The notes under the pieces are model-generated. The model saw only the letters and a program-made list of their open reading frames with translations, did no database searches and had not been told where the DNA came from. A stretch of DNA of 64,000 bases from Macrostomum lignano (taxonomy: Eukaryota), in contig NIVC01000309.1 of NCBI GenBank assembly GCA_002269645.1, forward strand, positions 124,001 through 188,000, read 5' to 3'. Positions within the stretch are counted from its first letter, which is position 1. Each line of letters begins with the position of its first letter. Below, piece by piece: positions 38,435 through 50,576 of the stretch. A program made the position numbers and the translations under genes.

Positions 38435-40562
38435 ATGCAGAAAGCTCCGGGTTCAGCCAGCCAGCCGCTCTACATTGTGGCCTGCTACAACTGTAAGAAA
38501 ACTGTCAGCCAACCGGAGGGCACTAAGCGTACAATCTGCCCCTATTGCGGTAGTTTGTTCGCCTCGCCCGATGGCGAAGCTTCTTCGTCTGGCTCTGCTA
38601 CTGGCAGTTCGCCGCCACAGCAGCCGCAGCAGCAGCAGCCGCAGAATCGACCTCCGTCAGGTTCTTCATCAACGAATTCAGCTTCCTCATCGTCTAAGCG
38701 ACACAGGCTGGCAAAGCAACAGGCAGGTGGCGGTGACTCGCGGCCAAGAAGCGGTAGCGGCAGCGGCAATAAGCTGCTGAATTTCTTCTCGAATCTGGGC
38801 AAATCGCGGGACAGAAGCCACGGCGGCAGCGGCGGTGGGAAGAAGCGATCGGGCAAAGCCGACGAGTCTCTGCCGCCCCTGAGCCAGTCGCCCAGCCTCA
38901 CCACCGGTCGGTCTGGCGGGATGGCCACCCTCAGCCCCATCGCTCCGGCTAGCATAGAAGGCGGCCTGTACAAATCGCAGAGCGTCACCTCGCTGCTTGT
39001 GCCGCAGCAGCAGCAGCAGCAGCAGTCGATGCCCTCGCCTAGGCAGGATTATCCACAGCCTCAGCTGACCGAATCTATGCTAGCCGACCTGACGGAGGAG
39101 TCCAAACGTACTGGGAATTGGTCTCGATTGAGCGATCTGTTTGAGCAGGCATTCTCTTCGCCTAAGGATCTGGTTGCGGTGTTTAGGTTGGTTTTTTATT
39201 AGGGATATTTGATTATTGATAAATTTTTTAAAAGACATTCTGTCATTTAGTAAGTCTATATAGTGTATTGTGATTTAAAATATTTTAGCTGTCTTACTTG
39301 CGGCGCTAATTTGGTGCTAAAGTCTCGTCTGCGGCGATAAATTGGCGCCCAAGTCTTACCTGTGACGCTAAATTAGCGCTAAAGTCTCATCTGTGGCGCT
39401 AAATTAGCGCTAAAGTCTCACCTGTGGTGCTAAATTGGCGCTAAAATCTGCCTGCAGCGCTAAATTAGCGCTTAAGTCTCACTTGTGGCGCTTAAGTCTT
39501 ATGTGTGGCACTAAGTTAGCGCTAAAGTCTCACATGTGGTGCTAAACGGTGCTTAAGTCTCCTGTGGCGTTAAAGTCTTATCTGTGGCGCCAAAGTCTCA
39601 CCTGTGGCGCTAAATTAGCGCCAAAATTTTACATGCGGCGCTAAATTGGCGCCAAAATTTTACATGCGGTGCTAAATTGGCGCCAAATTGGCGCTTAGGT
39701 CTTACACGTGGCGCTAAATTGGCGTTAAAGTCTCGCCCGCATAGACATTAAGCAACGAGTTTATTTCCCAAATCCCAATTGGTCCAGGTCGGCCCAACGC
39801 GATCCGGATCCCAGCAAAGGCTCCGGCCTTAATCAGGCATTCGTTGAGGCGGCCTACGCCACCCTGAAAGACATGCCCTACGATATGCAGAAGAAAGTGC
39901 TGAAAGCAAATATCTCTGTGCTGCTAGAGAAGCGGCACACTATGGGCGGCAAAGGCGGCACTTCATCTTCGAAGGACGACGTTCGAGCACTATTCGTGAT
40001 CTTGCAGAACCCCCTGCTAGAAAAGGTGACAACTTTTGTACTGTTTGCCCACCTGTTGCGCTGCGTAGCTGCTCTGGGCGACTTCGATCATCACTGCCTG
40101 GTGAACTGGCTGGCCAGGCTCGAGAAGGCCTCGTTTGAAGCTCTGCTGCGCCGGATTCAATACTTCATCTCTGTGAGGCTGTTCCCGCCCAAAACTGAGG
40201 ACCTGCCGCCGCTTGACAAGGCCAGCTGGTGGGTGCCCAACGCTGTGAAGGTGCTGGCCCTGCTCAATGCTGCCAATAACCAGTGCGGCTCGAGGGCCAA
40301 AGTGCCCTATACTGAGTTCTATAACCATACTATTGACAGCTTGGACCTGCTGGCTGGTGAGTGTCTGTGTGTCTGTGTGTCTGTCTGTCTGTCTGTCTGT
40401 GTGTCTGTCTGTCTGTGTGTCTGTGTGTCTGTGTGTCTTTCTGTCTGTCTGTCTGTCTGTCTGTGTGTCTGTCTGTCTGTGTGTCTGTGTGTCTTCTGTC
40501 TGTCTGTCTGTCTGTGTGTCTGTCTGTCTGTCTGTCTGTCTGTCTTTCTGTCTGTCTGTCTT

Positions 40563-40593
<31 letters not shown>

Positions 40594-40614
40594 TAGTGTC
40601 TGTCTGTGTGTCTT

Positions 40615-40675
<61 letters not shown>

Positions 40676-40706
40676 GTCGGTCTGTCTGTCTGTCTGCCTG
40701 TCTGAC

Positions 40707-40777
<71 letters not shown>

Positions 40778-40778
40778 G

Positions 40779-40810
<32 letters not shown>

Positions 40811-43800
40811 AATCAATCTACCTACCTATCTATCTATCTATCTATCTATCTACCTATCTATCTGTCTATCTATATATCTATTCCAGAATACTACACGTGG
40901 CAGAACCCGGCCGCCAATTCCGGATTCACATTCTGCCAGTACCCGTTCATCCTGAGCATTCAGGCCAAGCGCAGCATACTGCAGCGGGACAGCGAGACCC
41001 AGATGATCATTATGGCCAAGCGCAGCCTAGTGGCCGGCGTGGCGAAGCGCAACCAGCCCAGCATGGACATGCTGTTTCTAAACATCACAGTCAGGCGCAG
41101 CCATCTAGTAGCGGATTCAATGCGCCAGATATCCGCTAAGCAGAAGGATTTAAAGAAGAAATTGCGCGTCACCTTCGAAGGCGAAGCCGGCTTAGATATG
41201 GGCGGCCTGACCAAGGAATGGTTCCTTCTACTGATCCGCTCCGTGTTTCTGAGCAATAGCGGCCTGTTCACTTACGATGCCAAGTGAGTGCGACCGGAAT
41301 TAGTGATGCTTTTTGCGCCCGAAAGGCCACTCGTCTACTAGCCTAGACGCAAGATTTAGTAGCTAAAAAGCTAAACTGGTCGCTAAACTTGTCGCTAAAC
41401 TGGTAGCTAAACTGGTTGCTAAACTTTTTGCTAAACTGGTTGCTAAACTGTCGTAGCTAAACTTGTTGCTAAACTTGTCGCTAAACTGGTAGCTAAACTG
41501 GTCGCCGGCTGTTTCTAAACATCACAGTCAGGCGCAGCCATCTAGTAGCGGATTCAATGCGCCAGATATCCGCCAAACAGAAGGATTTAAAGAAGAAATT
41601 GCGCGTCACCTTCGAAGGCGAAGCCGGCTTAGATATGGGCGACCATGGCAACAGCCCACAGATACTATAATAATTATAGTTATTATAGTATCTGTGCAAC
41701 GGCCTGAAAATTACCAGTTTAGCGACCAGTTTAGCAACCAGTTTAGCGACCAGTTTAGCAACCAGTTTAGCGACTAGTTTAGCAACCAGTTTAGCGACCA
41801 GTTTAGCAACCAGTTTAGCGACCAGTTTAGCAACCAGTTTAGCGACTAGTTTAGCGACTAGTTTATCGACAAGTTTAGCGACAAGTTTAGCGACAAGTTT
41901 AGCGACAAGTTTAGCTACCAGTTTAGCTACCAGTTTAGCGACCAGTTTAGCTACCAGTTTAGCAACCAGTTTAGCGACCACTTTAGCTACCACTTTAGCT
42001 ACCAGTTTAGCAACAAGTTTAGCTAGCAGTTTAGCAACAAGTTTAGCGACCAGTGTAGCAACCAGTTTAGCGACCAGTTTAGCTACCAGTTTAGTTACCA
42101 GTTTAGCGATAAGTTTAGCGACAAGTTTAGCTACCAGTCTACAACCAGTTTAGCTACCAGTTTAGTAACCAGTTTAGCAACCAGTTTAGCGACCAGTTTA
42201 GCTACCACTTTAGCTACCAGTTTAGCAACAAGTTTAGCTAGCAGTTTAGCAACAAGTTTAGCAACCAGTTTAGCGACCAGTGTAGCAACCAGTTTAGCGA
42301 CCAGTTTAGCTACCAGTTTAGTTACCAGTTTAGCGATAAGTTTAGCGACAAGTTTAGCGACCAGTTTAGCGACCAGTTTAGCAACCAGTTGAGCTACCAC
42401 TTTAGCTACCAGTTTAGCAACCAGTTTAGCGACCAGTTTAGCAACCAGTTTACCGACCAGTTTAGCTACCACTTTAGCTTCCAGTTTAGCAACCAGTTTA
42501 GCGACCAGTTTAGCTACCACTTTAGCTACCACTTTAGCTACCAGTTTAGCGACCAGTTTAGCTACCACTTTAGCTACCACTTTAGCTACAAGTTTAGCAA
42601 CCAGTTTACCGAGCCCTAATTATTGAAAACACGCCGTCCTGCCAACAGGTCTCGTTGCTACTGGTTCAGCCTGGCGCCGAAGGACAACCAGCAAGAATAC
42701 TATCTGATTGGCGCACTGATGGGCCTAGCAGTGTACAATAGCATCAATTTAGACGTTCGCTTTCCATCTATCTGTTATCGCAAGCTGCTCAGTCCGAGTG
42801 TTGTGCCATCGACTACTGGCACCACTCAGCTGGGCGTCTGTCCGGTCACCCTGACCGACCTGCGTGAGGTCATGCCGGAGCTGGCACACGGCCTGTACGA
42901 GTTGCTGCGTCACCAGGGCGACGTGGCCGAAGATTTTGGCGCCACATTCGAGATTGCTTACACCGATGGAGCCGGCAAGAATCGGACAGTTGAACTAAAA
43001 CCGGACGGTCGGTCTATCTCGGTGACCAATGCCAATAGGCAGGAGTACGTTGCTATGTACTGCGACTACCTGTTGAATAAAGGTGTTTATAGCAAATTCC
43101 GCAGCTTCTATCTGGGCTTTCATCAGGTGTGCGCCAGTAATGCGCTGATTCTGCTGCGACCTGAGGAGGTGTGAGCTCGTCTGTTGTTAACTATTCAACA
43201 GTGAGAGTAGATCTAGAGTGCAGTTTCAAGAGTAGATCTAGAGGCAGATACGAGAGTAGATCTAGAGGCAGATACGAGAGTAGATCTAGAGGCAGATACG
43301 AGAGTAGATCTAGAGGCAGATACGAGAGTAGATCGAGAGGCAGATACGAGAGTAGATCTAGAGGCAGATACGAGAGTAGATCTAGAGGCAGACACGAGGG
43401 TAGATCTAGAGGCAGATACGAGAGTAGATCTAGAGGCAGATACGAGAGTAGATCTAGAGACAGATACGAGGTAGATCTAGAGGCAGACACGAGAGTAGAT
43501 CTGGAGGCAGATACGAGAGTAGATCTGGACGCAGACACGAGAGTAGATCTGGACGCAGATACGAGAGTAGATCTAGAGGCAGATGCGAAAGTAGATCTAG
43601 AGGCAGATACAAGAGTAGATCTGGAGGCATATACACGAGTAGATCTAGAGGCAGATACAAGAGTAGATCTGGAGGCAGACACGAGAGTAGATCTACAGGC
43701 AGACACGAGAGTAGATCTACAGGCAGACACGAGAGTAGATCTAGAGGCAGATGCAAAAGTAGATCTATTGGCAGATATGACAGATATGATATATCGTATA

Positions 43801-44185
43801 TCCATCTATAATATCATGTCCGCAGGTTGAACACCTGGTTTGCGGCTCGCCAAAATTCGATTTCAACGAGCTACGCAAGGTGACAGTGTACGACGGCTAC
43901 AGGCCCAACGACGCGCAGGTGAAATGGTTCTGGGACATTGCCATCAATATGGAACCTGCTAAGCAGGCCGCCCTGCTGCTCTTCATCACTGGCAGCGATC
44001 GGATCCCGGTTGGCGGCATGGCCGAGATGCAAATGAAAATTGTTCGAGTCAATCGCCTAGAAATGCTGCCGATTGCGCACACCTGCTTCAATCAGATCAT
44101 GCTGCCTACCTATAAGACCAAGGCTACACTCACTGAGAGACTGCTGCTGGCCATTGACAACTCGGAAGGGTTTGGGCTTGAGTGA
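38435..44185 (+). CDS. HECTD2: HECT E3 ubiquitin ligase HECTD2-like; exons 38435-39186, 39788-40356, 40887-41283, 42649-43168, 43826-44185
   Basis: Phase-consistent junctions (2,1,2,0). Motifs [39 protein letters not shown], catalytic AHTCFN and C-terminal NSEGFGLE. Confidence 0.9.
39295..39735. repeat. Degenerate GGCGCTAAATT/AGTCTC tandem repeat in HECTD2 intron 1
   Basis: Directly visible; the core resembles the GCGGCGCTAAA units of the MITE at 8080. Confidence 0.85.
40357..40880. repeat. (TCTG)n/(TCTA)n microsatellite filling HECTD2 intron 2
   Basis: Directly visible. Confidence 0.97.
41360..42610. repeat. 12-bp satellite in two inverted arrays (GCTAAACTGGTN at about 41360-41505; ACCAGTTTAGCN at about 41713-42610)
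   Basis: The arrays are reverse complements of each other and enclose a duplicated exon fragment. Confidence 0.93.
41508..41707 (+). pseudogene. Intronic duplicate of part of HECTD2 exon 3 (copy of 41071-41203) plus a 60-bp hairpin-containing insert
   Basis: 133 bp match with two substitutions; no upstream AG acceptor. Confidence 0.92.
43203..43770. repeat. 24-bp tandem repeat (GAGAGTAGATCTAGAGGCAGATAC) in HECTD2 intron 4
   Basis: 8-aa periodic ORFs; self-complementary AGATCT/TCTAGA core. Confidence 0.95.
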
Positions 44186-44379
44186 CATGACATACAGTTT
44201 AGAGATAGGTGTATTGCTGGCACAAACTTAACTTATTAGCTACAGCGCTGGCCCCACGGATTTCAAATACCCGTTTTCGTCATTCGTTGCTTTCTTATAT
44301 TATTAAGGAGCTAAATGAGTACTCCCGTCTCTGCTGGGCTCGTGTGGGACAGAGCAAGATTTTCTTAATAGGGAATTAG

Positions 44380-44501
44380 ATAGACAGACTGACTGACTAA
44401 CTGACAGACACTAAGACAGACAGACACTAAGCCATTAAGATAGACAGACGGACAGACAGACAGACACACAGACAGACACACAGACAGACACTAAGCCATT
44501 A

Positions 44502-44538
<37 letters not shown>

Positions 44539-44655
44539 AACAGACACTAAGACAGACACACAGACAGAAAGACAGACAGACACTAAGCCATTAAGATAGA
44601 CAGACGGACAGACAGACAGACAGACACACAGACACAGACAGAGACAGACAGACAG

Positions 44656-44700
<45 letters not shown>

Positions 44701-44805
44701 GACTAAGACACACACAGACAGACAGACAGACAGACAGACACTAAGCCATTAAGATAGACAGACGGACAGACAGACAGACTAAGACACACACAGACAGACA
44801 GACAT
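44380..44805. repeat. (GACA)n microsatellite with interspersed CTAAGCCATTAAGATA units
   Basis: Directly visible. Confidence 0.93.
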
Positions 44806-45619
44806 GCCCTTAAACGCGCTCTGAAGGCTAACTTATACATTGTACAAGTTTGTATTTCAGATAGAAAGTAAAGTACTTCATTCTTATGGATTTCTTGTAT
44901 CCATGTTATGTATTTCTATATTTGCGCACTATTAACCTCCCTGCAAGCTTAGTGTACAGTCAGACAGGGAACGCGAGCGGTTGATTCTGTTTTCTCTTTT
45001 AACTGTCACTTTGTTGTTTACCTCTCTTTGCTTTTAGGCTATTTCTTGTTGTATACATTTTACAGATTATATCCATTCCACGTAGTTGCTTGCGTTTTGC
45101 ATATTTTCACTATTCTCAGCTCTGTCACGGAGTAACTGGTGTGTCTTTCCTATCCACGTAAAAATTCAAACTTCTGCAATACATTCGCCCGTGTTTTTAG
45201 TTTTTTTTATCGAAAATCCAATTGAGGCGAGTAAAGATTTTGTTTCTTGTTAATTATACACTCTGATCTTTGTTGTACTATTGTCAAATGTAGTCTTTGT
45301 CTTGTTTTATTCTAGTCTTTGTGATATTTGACTTGGCTTGAATTGAGGACTTTAGTGTTTTCAAGTGCCTTTAATGTTTATATGTATTTTTTTAAACTTC
45401 AATTGGCTTCACGCTTTTGGCTCTTTTTCTGTATTCTATACTACGAGTACACATACAATAAATACATTCGTTAATATTAAATTCATATTTAATGCCTTTA
45501 GATTTTTCCTTATTATTTATTATATTTTAGCCCGCATAGCCTCCATCTGTCATCGGGTCCTTTAAAACTTACAATGGAATGGCAATCCGGCCCGCTTAAG
45601 GTTTATTCTCAGTTCTCTT

Positions 45620-46290
45620 ACCTCCTCTCTCCTATATTCTCTCTCTCTCTCTTCTCTCCTGTCCCCCTTCTCTCTTCTCTGCCACTTCTCTTCGCTCCTC
45701 TCTCCACCTTTTCTTTTCACTCTCCCCCTTTTCTACTTTTCTCTCCCCCATCTCTCTTCTCTCTCCCCCATCTCTCTTCTCTCTCCCCCATCTCTCTTCT
45801 CTCTCCCCCATCTCTCTTCTCTCTCCCCCATCTCTCTTCTCTCTCCTCCATCTCTCTTCTCTCTCCCCCATCTCTCTTCTCTCTCCCCCATCTCTCTTCT
45901 CTCTCCCCCATCTCTCTTCTCTCTCCCCCATCTCTCTTCTCTCTCCCCCATCTCTCTTCTCTCTCCCCCATCTCTCTTCTCTCTCCCCCATCTCTCTTCT
46001 CCCTCCCCCTTCTCTCCCCTCCTCTCTACCCCTTTTTCTTTTCTCTCTCCCTTTTCTCCTCTCTCCCTTTTTCTCTTCTCTCCCCCCTTCTCTCCTCTTC
46101 TCTATCCCCTCCCTCCCTCTTCTCTCTTCTTCCTTCTCTCTTCTCCCTCCCCCTTCTCTCCTCTACTCTCTCCTCTCTTCTCTCCCATTTCTCTCTTCTC
46201 TCCTGTCACCCCTTCTCTATCTCTCTCTCCTCTCCATCCTCCCATCCTCTCCTCTCCTCTCTCCCATCCTCTCTTCTCTTCCCTATTCCC
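45620..46290. repeat. Pyrimidine-rich 20-bp repeat (CTCTCCCCCATCTCTCTTCT)
   Basis: Directly visible. Confidence 0.93.
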
Positions 46291-46560
46291 TAACCTTTCC
46301 ACTCTTAGTTGTCCCACAGTCATTAGCTGGGTTGTTTATCTGAACCTTGATACATTATCTGAACCTTCTATATATACAACTTTCGCGCTGTTTCTTCAGT
46401 CGGTCTTTTAGAAGCAATTGGTATTAACATATTTTTCTGCTTTTTTTCAATGCATTTATGCAGTAATCAATTATCATAATACAAACGTGCTAGGCTTGAA
46501 TTTTTAATGCTAAACTAAAATTGAAAGAGATTTTTTTCTGGCTAGACTAGCGGAAGCAAG

Positions 46561-47418
46561 ATGACATCTAAATTGGCCCCAATATTCAGCAGCAGCAGCA
46601 ATAAAAGCGAAGAAAACAAAGAGAATTCCGCACTAGCGGCCAATCCGCGAACAAAGCGCCGAGCCACCCTGACAGCCAAAGAATTTCAAGAGCTCAAAGC
46701 CGTTGCTGAGCAGCCAAAAACAAGCGATCCTAAGCAGCAGCACAAACTGATGAAGCCGAAGCAGCAAAGACGGCGCTCGTCTTCCCTACTGAGCGGTATC
46801 GACCCCGCCAACATCATTGTCACTGAGCAACAGCAGCAGCAGCAGCGCCAGTGTTCGGCCGTCGCCAGCGGCGGTCGGACGCCTTCACCAACGTCGCCAG
46901 CCGAGTCGCAGATCCAACGAGCCAACGCTGTCAGCGCCGAGCTTGATCGAATATTCGATAAATCGGCCGCACCGAGTCTCAGGCGCAGTCTTCGACGCAA
47001 ATCGTTTTCAATTAGTTTAGCTACTACTAGTAGTAGTGCTGCAAAGACTACTAATAGTAGTGATAAGTCTCTGGCTAAGCAACAGCAGCTATTGACAGCT
47101 TCCGATGTAGTTATAGACGATAGCCTGGTGCAGCTGTACTGTCAGCAGGGTACTTACAAGCCGCCGCAGTCTAAAGGCCTCAGCACCATACCGGAAGTGG
47201 CTAACAGCACCCGTCCGCTGCCGTCCACCACTCGGCGCAGATTTATTGACTTCGATTCGCCAGCTCGGCTGGGCATGAAAGATCGCAGCCGATGTAAAAA
47301 GGCGCAGAAACTCTCCGCCGGTTCTAAATTGAAAAGCAACGCATTGAAGAAGAGTGAGCGGCAGATGGATATGGAAGAGTTTAAAGCCTATGTTGATGGA
47401 CTGAATTTGATGGACTGA
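46561..47418 (+). CDS. Single-ORF Tantalus-domain (PRR14-like) protein, 285 aa
   Basis: C-terminal YKPPQSKGLSTIPEV..RRRFIDF..RCKKAQKL matches the Tantalus-like motif pattern; low-complexity S/Q-rich N-terminus. Confidence 0.7.
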   Translation: MTSKLAPIFSSSSNKSEENKENSALAANPRTKRRATLTAKEFQELKAVAEQPKTSDPKQQHKLMKPKQQRRRSSSLLSGIDPANIIVTEQQQQQQRQCSAVASGGRTPSPTSPAESQIQRANAVSAELDRIFDKSAAPSLRRSLRRKSFSISLATTSSSAAKTTNSSDKSLAKQQQLLTASDVVIDDSLVQLYCQQGTYKPPQSKGLSTIPEVANSTRPLPSTTRRRFIDFDSPARLGMKDRSRCKKAQKLSAGSKLKSNALKKSERQMDMEEFKAYVDGLNLMD

Positions 47419-47439
47419 ATGAAAGTTTTTGTACTCATA

Positions 47440-47757
47440 CGAGGGCTGTCCCAAAAGTACAGTGTTACTTTTTATTATATCCCTCGTTCTATAATGACTG
47501 CGCTAAACACACGAGGCGATGAAAGCTGCGCATGAATATGGGCTGTACTTCGCCCCGTCCTCTAAAGGATTTAAATCACACTCGTCTGAGCAACACTTAA
47601 ATGCACATCCATAATTTTTGGTGCAGCAAAAGGAAGAAACAAAAAGGCAATGAAGCTGAAGCCTAGTGGGAAATATTCTTCTACTGCTTTAAAAGTTTTT
47701 GACTCTCTAATTTTTTCCATAGAAGTCTAGCAAAGAAGACTTTTGGGACAGCCGTCG
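47440..47757. mobile_element. Mariner-type MITE just downstream of the stop codon
   Basis: TIRs CGAGGGCTGTCCCAAAAGT / ACTTTTGGGACAGCCGTCG with TA on both sides. Confidence 0.88.
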
Positions 47758-48384
47758 TAGTTTTTCTTACTGACTAAAGGAATATTCTGTACTCAGATTG
47801 TAGATTTGTAAGCCTTCTTTACTTTTTTGTCTTTATGACATCGTGCTTCATGTTGTAGCTATATTTAGTTTCTATAAATTAGTTATTCCAATATCCTGTC
47901 TGGTTACTAGTATGTATTTTTTATTGTTGTGTCTTCTATTATACAAAAAATTAGTAAAGCTTGATTGGATTTTTTAACTCATTGAATTGCCTCAGTAGCC
48001 TTGGTAACCCGGATAAAAATCTACTACTATTTGCATTTCAACTGCCAGTATGCCAATAATAAAAAACCTGCGTGAAAACGAATTTCTAACTGGATTTTTT
48101 ATCATTTAAGCAAGCCTTCTAATCTTCCATCCGGTGCATTCATTCATTATTGTCTGGCATTTGCTTTTTTAATTTCCATTTTCCAATGCTATATATCTCC
48201 TCACACCAATGCCTGTATTCCCAATGCATAGCTGGCAAAAGCAATCAGCAGCTTTGTTAATTAGTATAAAAGTACAAATTTAGCGCATGAGATCGCTTGC
48301 CTACAGCAGCGAACTGCTTCTTCTTATTTGTTTTCAAATTGCCTTTTTTCAGTGTGTCCGATTCTTTGCGTTAAAGCTGTGTAG

Positions 48385-48475
48385 GTAACGTCTGGGATCA
48401 GGAAGAGAAGCTTAGCCGTAACAAGTCCTGGCTTCGATTCCGTGTGCCGCTACGTTAATTTTGGGCTGTGGAAAC
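48385..48475 (+). mobile_element. Truncated SINE family A copy running into a (CTAA)n array
   Basis: CCTGGCTTCGATTCCGTGTGCCGCTACGTTAATTTTGGGCTGTGG aligns with 13470-13525. Confidence 0.6.
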
Positions 48476-48537
48476 TAACTGACTAACTAACTAACTAGCT
48501 GACTAACTAACTAACTGACTAACTAACTAACTAACTG

Positions 48538-48626
<89 letters not shown>

Positions 48627-48655
48627 TTAGCTAACTAACTAACTAGCTAACTAAA

Positions 48656-48693
<38 letters not shown>

Positions 48694-48770
48694 GCTAACT
48701 AACTAACTAGCTGACTAACTGGCTATCTAAACAACGGACTACTTAACCAACTATGTAACTAAGTAACTAC
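48475..48770. repeat. (CTAA)n microsatellite
   Basis: Directly visible. Confidence 0.96.
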
Positions 48771-49064
48771 CTAGTTGGACTTGAACCGGAGTCTTGACAG
48801 TTACTGTGTCTCAATAGTATGATGATACCTTTTTTTACGACAGAGCCTCTTCTTTTAGTTAATAGCAGTTTTTATCACTTAATTTGTTACTTAGAGAACT
48901 TAGTATAATGAGAAGCCTCAATCGGAAAATTTATGCTCTAAAACAAACAAGCCTATTTTTCTACTCTACTATCTTCGCCAGCGAGACGCAGCTGAAGGTT
49001 TCATATTCGGAGGTTTCAATAATACGCAAATCAGCTGTCTTCACAACAGAATATAGAATAAAAC

Positions 49065-49589
49065 ATGTCTGGCGACAGCAGCGCAGCACCAATCCCGCCG
49101 GCTGTAATGTGGGCCCAGCGCAAGGACAAACTGTACGTCACCATCTGTCTGGAGGATGTGCAGAATAAAAAGCTGGAGCTCACCGACAAGCAGCTAATAT
49201 TTAGCGGCGTCGGCGGTACAGACAGGAAGCCGCACGCTGTCACTATCGACTTTCACAAGGAGGTGAACCCTGACGACAGCAAGCAGCTGGTCACCGACAG
49301 GGAGATTGTCATGTGCATCAAGAAGAAAGAGTCCGGGCATTATTGGCCTCGGCTGCTGTCCGATTCCACTAAGCGGCACTGGCTGAAAACCGACTTCAAT
49401 CGCTGGCTGGACGAAGACGATTCAGATGACGACATGGCTGCCAGGGAAAACAACCTGGAGGAGATGATGGCCAGGATGGGCTCGGGATTCGGCGGAGGGG
49501 ACGACGGACTGCCGTTGCCAGGCGACGATATAGGCGCGGACGAGCCGGATCAGGATAGCGACGATGAGGACCTGCCGGATCTGGAGTGA
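49065..49589 (+). CDS. PTGES3: Hsp90 co-chaperone p23 / prostaglandin E synthase 3 homolog, single ORF
   Basis: WAQR..LYVTI, WPRL, WLKTDFNRWLDEDDSD and an acidic tail. Confidence 0.93.
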   Translation: MSGDSSAAPIPPAVMWAQRKDKLYVTICLEDVQNKKLELTDKQLIFSGVGGTDRKPHAVTIDFHKEVNPDDSKQLVTDREIVMCIKKKESGHYWPRLLSDSTKRHWLKTDFNRWLDEDDSDDDMAARENNLEEMMARMGSGFGGGDDGLPLPGDDIGADEPDQDSDDEDLPDLE

Positions 49590-50576
49590 TTCTCTCCAGT
49601 AGAAGTCTTGGCGCCTGACAAAGGAGAGGAGAGATTGGGGGGTGGGGAAACTGAAATTCAGTTTAATATTAAAAGGTCTTAATGAGCAACAGATTGAAAG
49701 TAAACTTCTTATTCAATGGATCAACACTTGTTCATAAATATTTGAACCCCTAATCTCTTTAACCACGTGAATTGCTAACTCCTGGTGAATTTAACTGTGT
49801 TTTCATATTCCAACCAGCAGCATTGTTTGAACAAAAATACGTGTTTTAAATTGCAAAATGACCTATTCATAGTGCTTTTTGTAAGCTTTTAAATTTCTCT
49901 TATAATAATATCAATAGAAATTACTTGCTCACCGCCTATACGACGCACCAGACCTTAACAGTGTTGGCCTTTTCCTGCGTTTTGTAAGTTTATAACCGAC
50001 AACTTGATGTTTTGCTGCGGCAATTTCGTTAGAAAATAATAACTCTACATTTATTTGGTTAGCTGCCATGGTCTCCAACTCTCCTTATGTCAGGCGTCTC
50101 CAGTGCTGTCTCTAATTACTATACTTTTTTAGAATACGTTTTTGTACCATTTCTCTGTTTCATTTTCTCACAGTGTCCATCTTAAAGTTGAGCAGGTCCA
50201 GAAGAAGATCAGTTTGTTCTAGGTTAAACGGAATTCCATGTGTTAAACTTGAGCACTAGTGTAAGTTCCGCCTGATGCCTCTCCGGTTAAGTTATATTTA
50301 CCTTCTATATTGTCAGTACGGATGAATCACCTTCATAATAATATTCACCTTGACTACAATGCTAACATCTAGTGTCATGTATACTCCAGCATAAGATTAT
50401 TTTAGTGAATATCCAGCCACATTGGTTTACATTAAGCCATAGTTTAAAATGGGAGTTTAAAAAAAGAAAAAGCTGAAAGCTTTGATTTCCTTGCTGTTGG
50501 ATAAAGATTCTCTTCGTTGTTTATTAATTTGTTTTTTGTTTAAATCGTAGCTTTAATTGTACGAGTAGTTAGCAAA

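Noticed and set aside
41508-41640. Duplicated HECTD2 segment as an alternative exon
   Set aside because: It starts mid-exon, has no upstream AG or pyrimidine tract and no donor, unlike the COQ2 case.
41493-43830. VAKL-repeat and SRSRGRYE-repeat ORFs as coiled-coil or SR proteins
   Set aside because: They are translations of 12-bp and 24-bp intronic arrays of HECTD2.
48475-48770. Telomeric repeat
   Set aside because: The unit is the tetramer CTAA, not TTAGGG or TTAGG, and it follows a SINE-like head.
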